This document shows positions 1 through 14,019 of a DNA stretch of 64,000 nucleotides, in pieces. This DNA comes from the human T2T-CHM13v2.0 reference genome, Homo sapiens. The stretch lies in assembly GCF_009914755.1 (NCBI RefSeq), contig NC_060944.1. One strand, 5' to 3'. The position numbers and the translations under genes were made by a program. Below the pieces are notes generated by a model. That model ran no database searches and was not told where the DNA came from. It worked only from the letters and a program-made list of their open reading frames with translations. Numbering within the stretch: position 1 is the first letter of the stretch; the number at the start of each line of letters is the position of its first letter.

Positions 1-1412
1 TATATAAAATCCTAAGAATTTTGCCAATAAACTATGAGAGTTCATGAACAAGTTCAGAAAGATTATAAGGTACAAGATCAATATACAAAAATCAATTGTA
101 TTCCCACACATTAGCAATGAACAATCCAAAAAATGAATCCAATAAAATAATTCCACTTACAATAGCATCAGAAAAATAAAATACTTATAAATAAATCTAA
201 CAAAAAAGTTCAAGACATATACATCAAAAACTATAAAATATTACTTAGAGAAAATTTTTAAAACCTAAATAGTTGCTATGTTCATGGATTGAAAGGCTTA
301 ATATTGCTAAAATGGTGATACCCCCCAAATTGATATGCAGATTCAACACAATCCCTAACTTTGGATTTGGCAGCAGTTTATTAGCTTTAACAGCTAAAGC
401 ATGAGCCTTTGAAAAAATAGATTGTATTTCATCAAAATTAAAACCTTTTTTGCTTCAATGGACATGATCAAGAAAGTGAAAAGACAACCCACAGAATGGG
501 AGAAAATATTTGTAAATCATGTATTGGATTAGAGTCTTGTATCCAGAATCTACAAAGAACTCTTTACAAATTAACAACAAAGTCACCCAATCAAAACTTG
601 GGTAAAGGAATCAAATAGACATATCTCTAAAGAAAATACACAAATAGCATATATATATATACTCAACACTATTAGTCATTAGGGAAAAGTAAATCAAAAT
701 CACAATGAGATAATACTTCACACCACACACATTCACACCTACTGTAATTAGAAAGATGAACAATAACAAGTGTTGGTGAGGATGTGGAGAAACTGAAACC
801 CACATACCTTGCTAGTGAAATCTAAAAGGATGCAGGCCCTTTGGAAAACAGTTTGACAATGCCTCAAAATGTTAAATATAGAGTTACCATACAACACAGC
901 AATTCCACTCCTAAGGTCTCTAAGAGACCTTAAAATATGTGCTCACCCAAAAACTTGTACATGAGTGTTCACTCACAATAGCCAAGAGGTAGAAAGAACC
1001 CAATTGTACATCATCGATGAATGGATTTTTAAAAAGTGTGATCTAGCCATTCAATGGGACATTATTCAACCATGTAAAGAAATGGAGCACCGAAACATGC
1101 CACAACATGGATGAACCTTAAAAACATGCTCAGTGAAAGAAGCCAAACACAAAAGGCCACATATTATATGATTCATTTATATGAAATGTCCATAATAGGT
1201 AAACCCATTGAGACAGGAAGTAGAAAAGTATTGACCTGGAGCTGGGGGAAGGAGAAAATCAAGAATGCTAATGGCGCGGAGTTTCTTTTAGGGATGATAA
1301 AGTTTTGGAATTGAGGTGATGGTTGCACAACCATGCGAATAAACTAAAAACCACTGAATTGTATATACACTTTAAAAAGGTGAATTTTATATACGTAAAT
1401 TAAATCTTAGTA
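1..1412 (+). mobile_element. Old LINE-1 (L1MB/L1MC-like): 3' ORF2 remnant and 3' UTR, internally deleted near 358
   Basis: L1 ORF2 hallmarks (tacaagatcaatatacaaaaatcaattgtattcc, gttcatggattgaaagg, agacaacccacagaatgggagaaaatatttg) and L1M 3' UTR (ggttgcacaac...aaaaccactgaattgta...tttaaaaaggtgaattttat); many stops. Confidence 0.9.
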
Positions 1413-1734
1413 TTTTTTAAAATGCAATCATAAAAGTAAGTACCTTGACAAGGAAATATTTGCCGTATTTTAAAACATAAAATTTAAAATGATACAATTT
1501 TTAAAAAGAAATAAGTCTAATCATTTTGTAAAAATATATTTCTGAAAATAAGTTTATGAATGAGAAAGGAACACTATTTACGATAAATCACTCATAAAAG
1601 TTTCAAATGTGGTTTTTTTTAAGATGACGTTTTATGCCAACTCTGTGATTTAGTGCAGCTGTTAACCAGCACTGTGAATTTCATTCAGCTCATCCATGTA
1701 TATGGTCATAAAGGACAAAATATACATAGCCATG

Positions 1735-2140
1735 ACACAGGCTAAGGTAGAGATGTCCAACACAACAGTGGCTTAAAAGAGAAGTGACTTTCTCTCCCTG
1801 GTAACCATCCATGGATGATAAGGCAGTTCTATGGTGCTGGGCACCAAGGCTCCCTCTGTCTTATTTTTCCACCCCCACTAGGGTGTAGCCCTTTCTACAT
1901 GGCCCCAAACAACTAACCACCATGTCCCCTTTCCTGGGGAGGGGGGAAAAGTAGTTTAGAGCAGGTTCCACCCCTTTAAGGACCTAACCAGAAATTTGTC
2001 CACATTGGTTCTGCTCATGCCCATTGGCTAATACATGACCACATGGTCACTCCCAGCTGCAAGGTTGCCTAGCAAATGTAGTCTTAGCCCAGATGGCTCT
2101 GTAACCAGCTAACATTCTGCTAATGAGAAAAGAGAAAAGA
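1735..2140 (-). mobile_element. Old MaLR LTR fragment (MLT1J/K-like)
   Basis: cattggc...cacatggtcactcccagctgcaagg...aaatgtagtct motif typical of late MLT1 LTRs; similar to 26480-26930. Confidence 0.6.
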
Positions 2141-2439
2141 TATTTGTGGAGGTGGTAGGGGTGAGGAACAAGTGACTGTCACTGACTCAAGCAGCTCTGA
2201 GTGGTTGGATAATAAGGTTTAATTGCAATGCAGTTCGTTTACAGACTGACTCAGGGCAAACCCCACCTAGGTCAAGGAATTGGAAAGAGTAATTGGTCTA
2301 TAGCTAGACCATTCATAGGAGGACTATTATGAGTGAACTCAGTTTCCTAATAAAAATGTGTTTTAAATAGCCAGTTTGGTCTTGAATTTAGAATGATAAT
2401 AGAAGTAATATAAGTAATAATATGTATTTTTATTTATGT

Positions 2440-2590
2440 GTCAGCTCTCCTCAGCATCCTAAAGGGCAAATACTATTATTATTCCCATGTATCATAGGAG
2501 GCAACTGAGGCTCAGAGAGGTTAAGAGGCTTGTTTAAGGTCACTCTACCTGGTAAGTGGCAAAGTCACACTCGAACCCAGCAGCACAGCC
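2440..2590 (-). mobile_element. MIR SINE
   Basis: MIR core reverse complement: actgaggctcagagaggttaag...aaggtcac. Confidence 0.85.
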
Positions 2591-3624
2591 TCACACAGAG
2601 CCCCGGTCAGTGACCAGCCCAGTGATTCCAGGAATGGATATTAACACCAAGGTGGAGAACAGGCTCCTCCCAGAGCTGTCCTGGATCAACCCCAATGGCC
2701 AGGGACCATCTCCGTGTGCATCCCACCCAAGGGCAACTGCGATAGAGCCTGGGGCTGCTTTCAAGACCTATTTATAAAGCTCAGGTCTTCCAGTGGAGAC
2801 AAGTGGATGCTTCTGCAGCTTTCTAATTGTTAGGAACCAAGGAGAATGAAGTCCAAAGTGCGCTGTCTGAGGCTGCCCAGTCTCCTGACATTTGGTAGCT
2901 TGTGACATCACTGCCCAAGGTGCCCGTCCTGGGGCAGCCCCTTTGGATCCTGCAGGAGTCATGGTTCACCAGGGCCAACACATGACCAAATGACTTGTTT
3001 GTCAAGGACAGGACCCTTGGGCAAAATCAGTGGTCCTCATGAAAGAAACATTCCTAAGTCAGTGAGAGACGGGTTCATGAGGCTGGTTTGGGACCCAGAG
3101 CACTGCGTGTGTCCCGTGGAAGACAGGGCAGAAGGCACTCGCTGGTGGACAGGCCAGGATCCTCAGCCCTGTGATCCAGGAGGCTAAGGAGCCCCAGCAC
3201 CACTCAGGGCTTCCTGGGCTTCCTAAGGGCAGTTAGCAGTTAGTTTATTTACTTTTTAAAGATCAGTTTCTCTGTTAGAAACTAAGTCCAAAGACAGAAT
3301 CAGAGACACCCACAAGGATGTCAATGGGAAGAAAAGAGAAGACCAGAGTAGAGAGGGAGGGAGGGAGGGAGAGAGGTGGAAAACTTAATGCCCTTGGGAA
3401 CCCTTGGGGATGCAGGGATAACTGAAAAGATGTAAGGGTCCCTGGCTCTAATATCCACAAACCCCACCCAGAGGCTATTTTGGGGTGAACAGCTGAAGGT
3501 CCTTGCTAGGAAGGCACAAGCTTACTAATCGAGTTCATAGCACACACCTGCCTTGGGCCAAGCCTGTGCTGGACTCTGGAGGATACAGACATGATAATAA
3601 CAGCAGCAGCAATAATAATAATTA

Positions 3625-3830
3625 TAACAACCAGCATTTGTTGAGCACCTACTATGTGCCAGGTAATAGTCTAAGCACTTTATACCTATCAAAGTCCTCA
3701 CACAACGCTACCAGGCAGGGATGTATGTTATCCTCATTTTACAGAGAGAAGAGCTGAGGAGCAGAGCGCAGCTTGCCAAAGGCTGAGAAGCAGCTGAGCT
3801 AGGGTTCAAACTGGGCTCCAGAGCCCCCAC
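3625..3830 (-). mobile_element. MIR SINE
   Basis: catttgttgagcacctactatgtgccagg...ctaagcacttta...cctcattttacag. Confidence 0.85.
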
Positions 3831-4729
3831 TCTCCCCACGAGGAGATCCTCCCTCAGCAGTTCCTATTTCAGAAGCACACAGCCCAGTCAGAGCAACCAG
3901 AAGCAGGTAAATCCCCTTCCACAGCACCACAGGCTCCGGGAAGGACACACGGCAGAGGAAGCAGTGGGTCACTGCACAGAGAGGCAGGCTAGGAGGAGGC
4001 TGAGGATACCAGGGCCCCCAGGCGGTCTGGGAGGAGTAGTAGAGCCACAGAGAACAAACCAGTCTGGGAGTCTGAGCTGGCCCTTAAGGAGGCATCGGGG
4101 CCAGACGGGAGGGGCCGAGGAGCTGGGCTTTCTCCAGGGGAGACTTCCAGAGAATCTGATCAAAGCTCTCTCTCAAGTCTCTTCTCTGGGTCAGGGCAAC
4201 TCGCCCAGGCTCAGCCCAGCTCGTGGGCCTCCTTCCAGGGGCAATGAACTTCCCCAGGCTCCCCCGCCTTTTCCTTAAACAAGCCCGAAGCCCTCCAGGC
4301 TGAGGACTCCTAATCCCAGCCTAGTCTCTGCTCCTGCCAGAGCATCCTGTTTTCTGTCCTCCTGGCTGGGTTGGGGCCCAGGAACAATGGTGAGAATGAG
4401 GGAACAGGGAGAGGCGGGTCTGCAGCCTGGGGGCTGAGGAAGGAGGGGACATGGGCATCTGAGACAGCAGCAAGGGAAGCAGGGCAGCGTACAGGGCTGA
4501 GAGCAGCTGGGCTGGGCTGACCCCCGGGGAAACAAGGCCCAGAGTGAACTCAAGCTGCCTGCTCCAATGCTAGGCTCTTCCTGGTGGAACTTTCCATTTA
4601 CCATGTTGGCTTAACCTAGGAACACAGCACATCTAAACGGATCTAAGGCTCTTCTCCTTAGACCCACATGTTAGTGCCTGGCTGCGACTACACCCACTGC
4701 AGAGAGCAACAGTCGTAATGATGACAGTG

Positions 4730-5010
4730 GTGGTGACCATTTATGAAGCACTTATTCAGTGCGGGTCACTGTGGTTTTGCACAGTACCTCATTAAATCAT
4801 CAACAGGAACAACCACAAACAAAAGTAATGACAATCCCGAGAGCTCATGCTGGGGTCGCTCCCAACAGGCCAGTGTGGCTCCCCATGAATTAGCTCATCT
4901 ACCCGCATAGCAATCTGCTAAGGCAGGGACTTTTGTATTCTTCCTTTTACACTCTGGGAAACCGAGGAACTTGCCCTAGAGCACACTGCTGGACAGAGAA
5001 CTGCATTCAA
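4730..5010 (-). mobile_element. MIR fragments
   Basis: catttatgaagcactta...; ggaaaccgaggaacttgccc...acactgct. Confidence 0.55.
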
Positions 5011-5269
5011 AGCCACTGACTTTGATGACCCAGTTCAGGTACTTAACCTTGGCCTCGGACGCAGATTGCCCAAGACTCGTAACAGCGTCCATGGGGGTCG
5101 AGGTTGCCTTTATAATCAGTTGCACTTTCCTTCTATTTTATGCTGTAGTTTCACAACAGTGGAACCCCAGACTGGAAAACTGGATTCATCAGGTGCATGA
5201 TCTAGAAAAGAACTTGTAGAATCACAGACTAGAATTCATCGATCAAAAACAGCTCACAGCCGCCCCTCT

Positions 5270-5450
5270 GGGATAGTAAGAGCTATCTCAGGACCTTCTT
5301 GCAATGAATCCTCAGTGTGATCCTAGGAGTTAGATGCTATTACTATGCCCTTTTTACCAATGAGGAAACTCAGCACAGGGGCTAAAGTGGCTTGCCAGGG
5401 TCGGCTTGTAAGTAGCAGGACAGACACTTGGACCCAGAGCCCAAGTCCTG
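5270..5450 (-). mobile_element. MIR SINE
   Basis: tgaggaaactcagcacaggggctaaagtggcttgccagggtc. Confidence 0.7.
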
Positions 5451-5858
5451 CATCACCTCGTGGACCCTCACCTGCTGCTTCAGAGCCAAAAGTAAACTAC
5501 GTAGCAAAGGGCTTCCTCTGAGATAGGGGTTTTCACACTGCCCCCTCTTGCCACTCTCCCTAGACTGTACAAGAGTCTACCATCACCAAAGAGAAAGATC
5601 CTGTTTCTGGGTCTGCTTTCCAAAAGGCCTAAGCTATCTGACGGTCAGGGCCTAGACCTATGGATCTGCAGCGTCTTCAGCACCAGCACGAGGCCTGGCT
5701 CACGGAGACTGGAAACCAACCCAAATGCGTGATAGGCTAACAGAGCCTCAAGCCGATTAAGCTATGCGCATCTTAATCTGCATACAGTCAGTTTCCTTTC
5801 TCTATTCTTTTTCCATACACGGTTCTTAATCCAAAAAGATGAAGAGGTGGTGGTTCTT

Positions 5859-6211
<353 letters not shown>

Positions 6212-6574
6212 TAAGTGAATATGACAGCATGAGATGCTGGATGTAAATAAGATGTTGGGGTGGGGGAACGTGGTGAGAGATCCTACTGGAGAGGGCTTGC
6301 CTGCCTCAGTCTCAGAGGTCACCACCTGGGCCAGCTGGTGACAGGCTGCATCCAGTTCCCTCCCTCCCACTCACTGCTGAGGGGCCTAAGGCAGGTGCCT
6401 TAAGCTCTCTGAAGCTGTTTTCTCATTCAGAGCATGGGTATAGTAATAGCATTGCAATATTGGGCTGAGTGAAGCTCAGATAAGATCAGACATCATTTAG
6501 TGCCTACTAACTGCTGTTGCTGATGTAGCCATGATGATTTTTACACCTATATTTCAGCAAATCCAAGATGCCAG

Positions 6575-6784
6575 AGCTCGAGAGTCCAAATCTCACCTTT
6601 CCCCCATTTTTGCAAATACCGCTGTATTAGAACACAGCCATGCCTATTCAGTTTCTCGGTGTCTGTACCGCTTTTACACTACAATGGCCGGCAGAGTTGA
6701 GTAGTTGTGACAGAGACAATTTAGTTCACAAAGCCTAAAACATTTACCATCTGGCCCTTTGCAGAAAAGTTTTGCCAATCCTGC
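6575..6784 (-). mobile_element. MER58A (hAT-Charlie MITE)
   Basis: ggcagagttgagtagttgtgacagagac...aaagcctaaaacatttaccatctggccctttgcagaaaagtttgcc matches the MER58A reverse complement. Confidence 0.85.
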
Positions 6785-7059
6785 CATAGATTGTAAGAAA
6801 TGCTGTAATTTTAAGCATCACTAGGAAAGAGAAAGATTTCACCAATTAAACCATGACATACCAGCTATGTAAAACAAATCCAAATTTCAGAAATGATAAA
6901 ATGTGAAGAAAAAGAAAAGTGTACCAAAGGATCAATAAATACACTGTCATTTGTTTTCTTACAGGTGTTAATTAGGTGCTGATTCCCTTGTCTCTCCTTT
7001 CCCCCAACTACATGTTCATACCTAAAAACCTTTCTAATCTTAATGAACACAAAGGCAAC

Positions 7060-7270
7060 CCAGTGTCATGGCTAATAGTTCAAATCCCTGCTCCACAGCC
7101 ATATTCTAGCTAAGTAACCTTGGGCAGGTTAATTTACCTCTCAGATTCAATTTCCTCACCTGGAGAACAGAGATAATAAGAGTGCCCACCTCATGCAGGT
7201 AAAAGGAATTAGCATGGTGGTTCACAAACAGTAGCCACTCCACAAAATAGTAGAAATCAGTAATAGTAAT
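7060..7270 (+). mobile_element. MIR SINE
   Basis: gttcaaatcc...accttgggcaggttaatttacctctc...tttcctcacctg...gataataag. Confidence 0.8.
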
Positions 7271-7416
7271 GGTTTGAAATATCACTTACCTTGACCAAGC
7301 TGGTTTCTACTGATCCCCTAAAGATCCAAAAGTCCCCGTCGGGATCCCCATCACAGATCCCACCTGTGGCCTGTGGTCCTAGCTGCTGCTCTGCTTCTGG
7401 GCCAGAGAAAACACTC

Positions 7417-7772
7417 TGTATTAGTCTGCTCTCATGCTGCTAATAAAGACATACCCGAGACTGAGTAATTTACAAAGGAAAGAGGTCTAATGGACTCACA
7501 GTTCCATATCGCTAGGGAGACCTCACAATCACGGTGGAAGACGAAGGAAGAGCAAAGGGACGTCTTACATGGTGGCCAGCAAGGGAGCTTGTGCAGGAGA
7601 GCTCCTGTTTATGTAACCATCAAATCTTACGAGACTTATTCACTACCACAAGAACAGTATGGGGGAAACTGCCTCCATGATTCAGTTATCTCCACCTGCC
7701 CCCACCCTTCACACCTGGGGATTATTCCGCTTCAAGGTGAGATCTGGGTGGGAACACAGCCAAACCCTATCA
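7417..7772 (-). mobile_element. THE1 (MaLR) solo LTR, THE1B/C-like
   Basis: Full TG...CA LTR (tgtattagtc...cagccaaaccctatca) with exact 5-bp TSD cactc at 7412-7416 and 7773-7777. Confidence 0.95.
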
Positions 7773-10408
7773 CACTCCAAGATCGCCCTGTCCCGGGAGC
7801 CATCACTGCTGTTCTGGTTCCTCCGTCATCCTCCAACCCACCTTGGTCTGGACCAGCTGGTCTCAGCCATGCACAGCAGGCTACCAGGATGGTGATTCTG
7901 GGAGAAAGCTGGTTTCCTGAATCACAGGGGACTCTTTGTCTTTCTGATTTAGATTCCTGTCTCTTTGCCTCCCTTTACCAGAGGAAGGGTGGGTGAAGTG
8001 TGAGCTTGGTGACACTGTGAAGGTGGCCTCATCCCTCCTGGGAAGACCCTAGTGGTGGAGGCCATGGAAAAGCAGGAAAGGGCACACCACAGAGCCCCAG
8101 GGCAGGCAAACGGAAGGCCCTTCTGTGCAGCCAAATGTCATTCAGCCAACACCTCTGAGAAGCTTCTGTGAAACTCCTGGAAACTGCAAAGGACTTCCAG
8201 GCAGGGCAGCACAGTGAGCTCATCCTTCAGCATGCTCCCTGTGCTGCAAACACACGGCCTCAATTAAATATCAAAATGGAAAAGCAAGCTTCCAGGTCCA
8301 GCCCTCATGGTGTAAGGGTAGTAGACTTACTCTCTCAGCATAAACAATGAAAGAACTAGGTATTTATATGAAGCAACTGCTGCCAACACACAGCTTAGAG
8401 CTGTGATCCCTGAGAGAAGTTTTCACATAGGCAAACCCCACACTCACTCAGGCTCTCCCACGGGGGGATCTTGGCAAACTCTGGTATAAGAAAGTGGAGC
8501 CCAAACAGAACAGTTCTCTCACTGGGCAGAGGAAACTGGAGTTGACATTTGGGGCCCTGAGACAGCTGGAGTTTGCAGGGCAGAGAACTTCAGAGGATGT
8601 AGTTGCACAAAGGAGCTCCAGAAATCTACACAAGGGACTCCTTCAGTGTTTGGCTGAATACTGAGCTGCCTATGCACGGGGCACATTTCTGTGAGGCCAG
8701 CATGGAACAGGTAATGGGGAGCTGGGGCACAGGTGGGAAGTGGAGGTTCTGGAGGTTGTGCAGTGCTAAGGGACATTAGAGCTCAGACCAGCCAGAGTGG
8801 AGACGTCATCGAACACCCTTAGTCAGTGGACAGCCCACACAATCCATTTCTGCAGTAGAGTACAGGGTACTCTATGCCTACCCCAAGAAAACTTAAAATC
8901 AAGCCAATAGTGACTCAAGCTGATCCCCCAGGAAATTAACTCCTTGTCATAATAAAGCCTGATGCTCTTTAAAAAGGAAAAGACCAAAAAATTCTAGACT
9001 CTCAACAATATACAGCATATAGGAAAAATCTGTTAGATACACTGTCTGGGATTAATGGCAGATTAGGCAACACAGAACAAAGAAAATCAGTGAGCTTGAA
9101 ATCATAACAATATAAACTAACCAAAAAGGACCACACAAAGAAACATAAATGAAAAAGAAAATGAGCAGAGTGTCAGTTACTTCTGAGACAAATTCAGGTG
9201 GCCTAAAATTTGTATAATTGGAATATCCAAAGAAAGAGGGGAAGAGAAAAAATATTTGAAAAAAAATTGGTTGAATTTTTTTCAAATCTGATGAAAAATA
9301 TAAACCCTCAGAACTAAAAGTTCAACCAACACCAAGCCCAAGAAATGTGAAGAAAACTACAAGACACCTCATGATTAAATAACATAAAACAAGTGATAAA
9401 TAAAAAATCTTAAGAGCAGCCACAAGAATACAGCACCTTCCATAAAGAAGAATAAACATAAAGATGACAGAAGCCAAAGGACAGTGGAGCAACATCTTTA
9501 CAGCACTGGAAGAAGAATAAATAAAACACAGAATTCTATACCCAGAAAAAATATATTGCACAGGCAAAGGGATCTAATGCTTTCTTCAGACATACAAATG
9601 CTGAAAGAATGTATCACCAACACATCCACAGTGCAACGAATGTTAAAGAAAGTCCCTCAGGTGGAAGGAAAGCAATACCAGACAGAAATCCAAATCCACA
9701 CAAAGGAGTGAAGAGCACCAAAAATGGTAACTATGTGGATAAATAAGAACATTTTTATTTTTCAAACTTCTTTTTAAAATAACTGAATGTTTAAAGTAAT
9801 ACAATACCAATGTATTATGGAGTTGATTATATATGTATATCATATATACATATATTGATGATATATATTACAATATATATATGTAAGGTGTATTACAGTA
9901 ATACTTCAAATACCAGGAGGAAAGAAATGAAAGTAAATTTCAAGTTGTTATACTATATGTAGAGTGATATCATTTTACCTGAAGTCAGACTGTGATGAGT
10001 AGAAGATATATGCTATAAATGCTAAGGCAATTACTAAAATAACAAACAGTAATGGATTAAAAAGCCAACAAAGGAGATAAATGATATAGTAAAAAACAAT
10101 CTAAAAGAAGGCAGAAAAGGAAGAAAGGGGGAACAAAGAACAGATAAGAAATAGAAAACAAATTGCAAGGTGATAAATTTAAACTCAAATATATTAATAT
10201 CACATTAACTTTAAATTGTCTAAACACCCCAGTTAAAAGGCAGAGATTGCCAGATTGGATTATTATTCAAGCCCCAACTATAAGCTGACACTAAGCAACC
10301 CCCTTTAAATATAAAGACACAATAGATTAAAAGTAAAAGGATGAGGAAAGATATATGATGCAAACAATAATCAAAAGAACACTGGAATGGCTATGTTAGC
10401 AATAGATG

Positions 10409-10696
10409 GGGTCAGGCACAGTGCCTCACACCTGTCATCCCAACAATTTAGCAGCCTGAGGCAGGAGGATTGCTTGAGCCCAGGAGTTTGAGAACAGCCT
10501 GGGCAACAAAGCAAGACCCCATCTTCACAAAATATGTAAATATTAGCTGGGCGTGGTGGTGCGTGCCTGTAGTCCCAACTACTTGGGAGGCCAAGGTAGG
10601 AAGATCACTTGTACCTAGGAGTTCAAGGCTGCAGGGAGCTATTATCTTGCCACTGCACTCCAACCTGGGTGACAGAGGGAGACCCTCTCTCTAAAA
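10409..10696 (+). mobile_element. AluJ inserted in L1
   Basis: ggattgcttgagcccaggagtttgag and caaggctgcag (J diagnostics). Confidence 0.9.
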
Positions 10697-10763
10697 TATA
10701 TGTGTGTGTGTTTGTGTATATATATATGTATATGTGTATATATATGTATATGTATATGTATAT
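10696..10763. repeat. (TG)n/(TA)n/(TATATG)n microsatellite at Alu tail
   Basis: Directly visible. Confidence 0.9.
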
Positions 10764-12954
10764 GACAAAGTTCATTTTAGAGCAAAGAATATTACCAAAG
10801 ATAGAGTTGATTTTTAACAATAGAAGAGATCAATTCATTAGGAAGACATAATGATCCTAAGTGTTTAGGCACTTAATAACAGAGCTTCAAATACATGAAG
10901 CAAAATCTTATAAAACTGCAAAGAGAAATCAACAAATACACAGGTATAGTCATAAATGTCAATACCCCTCTCTCAACGAATAAATAGAATATCAGTAGGG
11001 AAATAGAAAACTTGATTAACTATATAACTATCAACCAACTTAACCTAATTGATATTTATATAACACTCTAGCCAACAACATCAAATTGCATGTTATTTCT
11101 AACTGGTCTCAAAATATTTACCAAGATAGAACATACTAAACCAAATATGTCTCAATAAATTTTAAAAAATTCAAGTCATGAAAACTATGTTCTGTGACCA
11201 CAATGGAACTAAACTAGAAACTGGTAACAGAAAGATACCTAGAAAATCACAAATTATTTGGCAACTTAATTAAACACTTTTAAAAACCTAGAAATTAAAA
11301 GGAGAAATCAAAATGGAAATTAGAAAGTATGTTGAACTGCATTAAAATTTAAAAACAATGTATCAAAATTTGTAGGATACAGCCAAAGAAGTGCATAGAG
11401 AGAAATTCACAGCATTAAATGTGTGTGTAAGAAAGGAAGAAAGTTCCTAAATCAATGACTTCAGCCTCCACCTTAAGAAAGTAAGGGGAAAAAAGAGAAA
11501 ATTAACACTACAGTAAGCAGAGAAAAGGAAATAATAAAGCTAGGGACAAAAATCAATGAAACAGAAAACAGAAAAAATCAATCAACAAAAATGAAAACAA
11601 AAACTGGATCTTTGAAAGATCAAAAAAAAAGCAAAAGACCTGTAGCCAGATTGAGCAGGAAAAAAAAAAAAAGAATACATGAATTACAAATGTCTGAAAT
11701 TAGAAGGACACATGAGACAAATGAGAAATTCTATAGATTATTTAAAAAATAATAAGAGAATAGAATAAACAACTTCATGCCAATGAATTTGAGAATTTAA
11801 ATGAAATAACAAAGTTGTTGAAAAATCAAAACTATCAAAGTTCAAGCTACAAGAAATAACCTGAATAGCCCTCTATCTATTAAAGAAATGGAGTTTGCAG
11901 TTATAAACCTTATCACAAAAAAAAAACTTCAGGTCCATTCACTGGTGAATTGTTCCAAACATTTAAGGGAAAAAAATTTCCAATTCTATCATATTCTTCC
12001 AAGACAGTGAGGAGGATGAAATACTCTCCAACAGCCTTTATGAGGCCAGCATGACATCTGAAAACAAAACCAAAGACATTACCGAGAAAAGGAAGATCAA
12101 TATTTTTTTCATTGATGAAAAAATCCTAAGCAAAATGTTGGCAAACCAAACCCAACAATATATAAAAGAGTCTATGTTAGGAAATGTAGAGTTTATCCAA
12201 GGAATGCAGGGTTGGTTTAACATTCAAAAATCTATCAATGTAATTCGACATATTCACATTCTGAAAAAGAAAAAAACAAACAAACATGTAATCATTTCAA
12301 CAGAGGCAAAAAATCCAACAATCATTTCTGATGTTTTAAAAAACTCTCATCAAACTAGGAATAAAAGAGAATTTCTTCTACATGATAAAGGCATCTACGG
12401 AAAATGTATTACTAACAACATAGTTAATGGTAGAAGACTGACTACTCTACCCCAAAGATCAGGAACAAAGCAAAGATGTGTGATCTCACTTTGTACTGTA
12501 TTCAACTTTGTACTGAAAGTTCTAGCTAGTGCAATAAGGCAAGAAAAGTAATAAAAGGCACACAGATAGAAAAGAAAGAAGTAAATTTGTCTTTTTTTCT
12601 CAGATTATATGATTGCATAAGTAGAAAATACTAAGGAATCCACCGAAAAAAAGCTAGAAAGAGAGTATCTGGCAATTTCAAAAGATGCAAAGTAAATACA
12701 GAAAAATCAATTGCATTTGGACATGCTAGGAGTGGACAATTACAATAGTGGCAAAAATATGAACTACTTAATGGTCAGTTGAATAAAAGATGGGCAGGAC
12801 CTATCAACTTAAATATACAAAATATTGTAGTAGAAATTAAAGACCTAAATAAATAGAAAAATATAGGTGTTCATGGATTGAAAGACGAGATAATGTTAAG
12901 CTTTCAATTCTCCCCAAGTTGATCCGTAGATTCAATGCAATACAATTCTTTTAT

Positions 12955-13251
12955 TTTAAGTGTTTGTTTGTTTGTTTGTTTGTTTGTTTGTTTGTTTTTG
13001 AAACAGAGTCTCTCCTTCTGTCACGCAGGCTGGAGTACAGTGGCGCAATCTCAGCTCACAGCAAACCCAGTTTTCTGAGTAGCTGGGATTACAGGCGTGC
13101 GCCCCCACACCCGACTAATTTTTGTACTTTTAGTAGAAATAGGGTTTCGCTATGTTGGCCAGGCTGGTCTCGAACTCCTGGCCTCAAGTGATCCACCTGC
13201 CTTGGCCTCCTAAAGTGCTGGGATTATAGGCGTGAGCCACCGCACCATGCC
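12955..13251 (-). mobile_element. Alu (S/J) with internal deletion and (GTTT)n tail, inserted in L1 ORF2
   Basis: Alu consensus on minus strand; tgtt repeats at 12961-12998. Confidence 0.9.
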
Positions 13252-14019
13252 AATTCAAAAAAATTTTAATCAAAATCCTAGCAGGCTTCTTGTAGAAATG
13301 AGCAAGCTAATTCCAAAGTTCATATGGTAATACAAAGGAGCTAGAACAGTCAAAACAACTTTAAAGAAAATGAAGAACAAAGTTGGTGGACTGACACTAC
13401 CAGATTTCAAAATTTACTAGAAAGCTGCAGTATTCAAGACAGTATGGTATTGGTATAAGATTAGATAAGCAGGTCAATAGAATAAAGTCAAAAAATAAAC
13501 CTTTAATTATAGAGTCAATTGACTTTTCCCAGTGGTGCCAGGGTCATGTAATGGGACACTTGCACGCCCCTGAGAATGAGCACCTCCTTACATCTAAGCT
13601 CCTGGGGGTCTCACTTGTCTCAACCTAGCCCCAGTCCTGCTACTGTGGGATCTTGTAAGTTACGGTGGATGAAAACTCTTACTCTCTTCAGGGTGCATCA
13701 GATTGACATCTCACCAAATTGGTTAAACACTCTTGGAAGACTGAGGTGCCATCTCCCACGTCTTGTTCCACAGTTGGGGATCGGTTGACACCAACACTGA
13801 ATTATTTTATGTCCCCCAAACACACACACATGCAGCCTTTAGGCCTTGCCTCCGTGGCCTCTTCTGAGAAATGGGACCAGTAAAATGGTCCCCTCTTTTC
13901 TCAGGCTGCCCAAGAGCCCGTTGGCAGTTTTCAATCTCTAGAAAGAGACTCAGCCTCCCCCTGGAAAAGTGCCCAATCCCACAGGCTGGGAAAATGCCTT
14001 TGGTTCCTCAAGCAGCCTC

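Larger units (their letters stand above)
8350..13555 (+). mobile_element. Old LINE-1 (L1MC/L1MD-like): 5' region, ORF1 and ORF2 remnants, 3' end missing; interrupted by two Alus
   Basis: ORF 9484-9711 ends in L1 ORF1 C-terminal-like SDIQMLKECITNTSTVQRMLKKV; ORF 12051-12551 has RT-domain DEKILSKMLANQTQQYIK...FIQGMQGWFNIQKSINVI; decayed FADD region near 12590-12630; 5' boundary approximate. Confidence 0.9.

Noticed and set aside
12051-12551. 166-aa reverse-transcriptase-like ORF as a functional gene
   Set aside because: Fragment of a decayed L1 ORF2 with frameshifts, flanking stops and a destroyed FADD catalytic motif.
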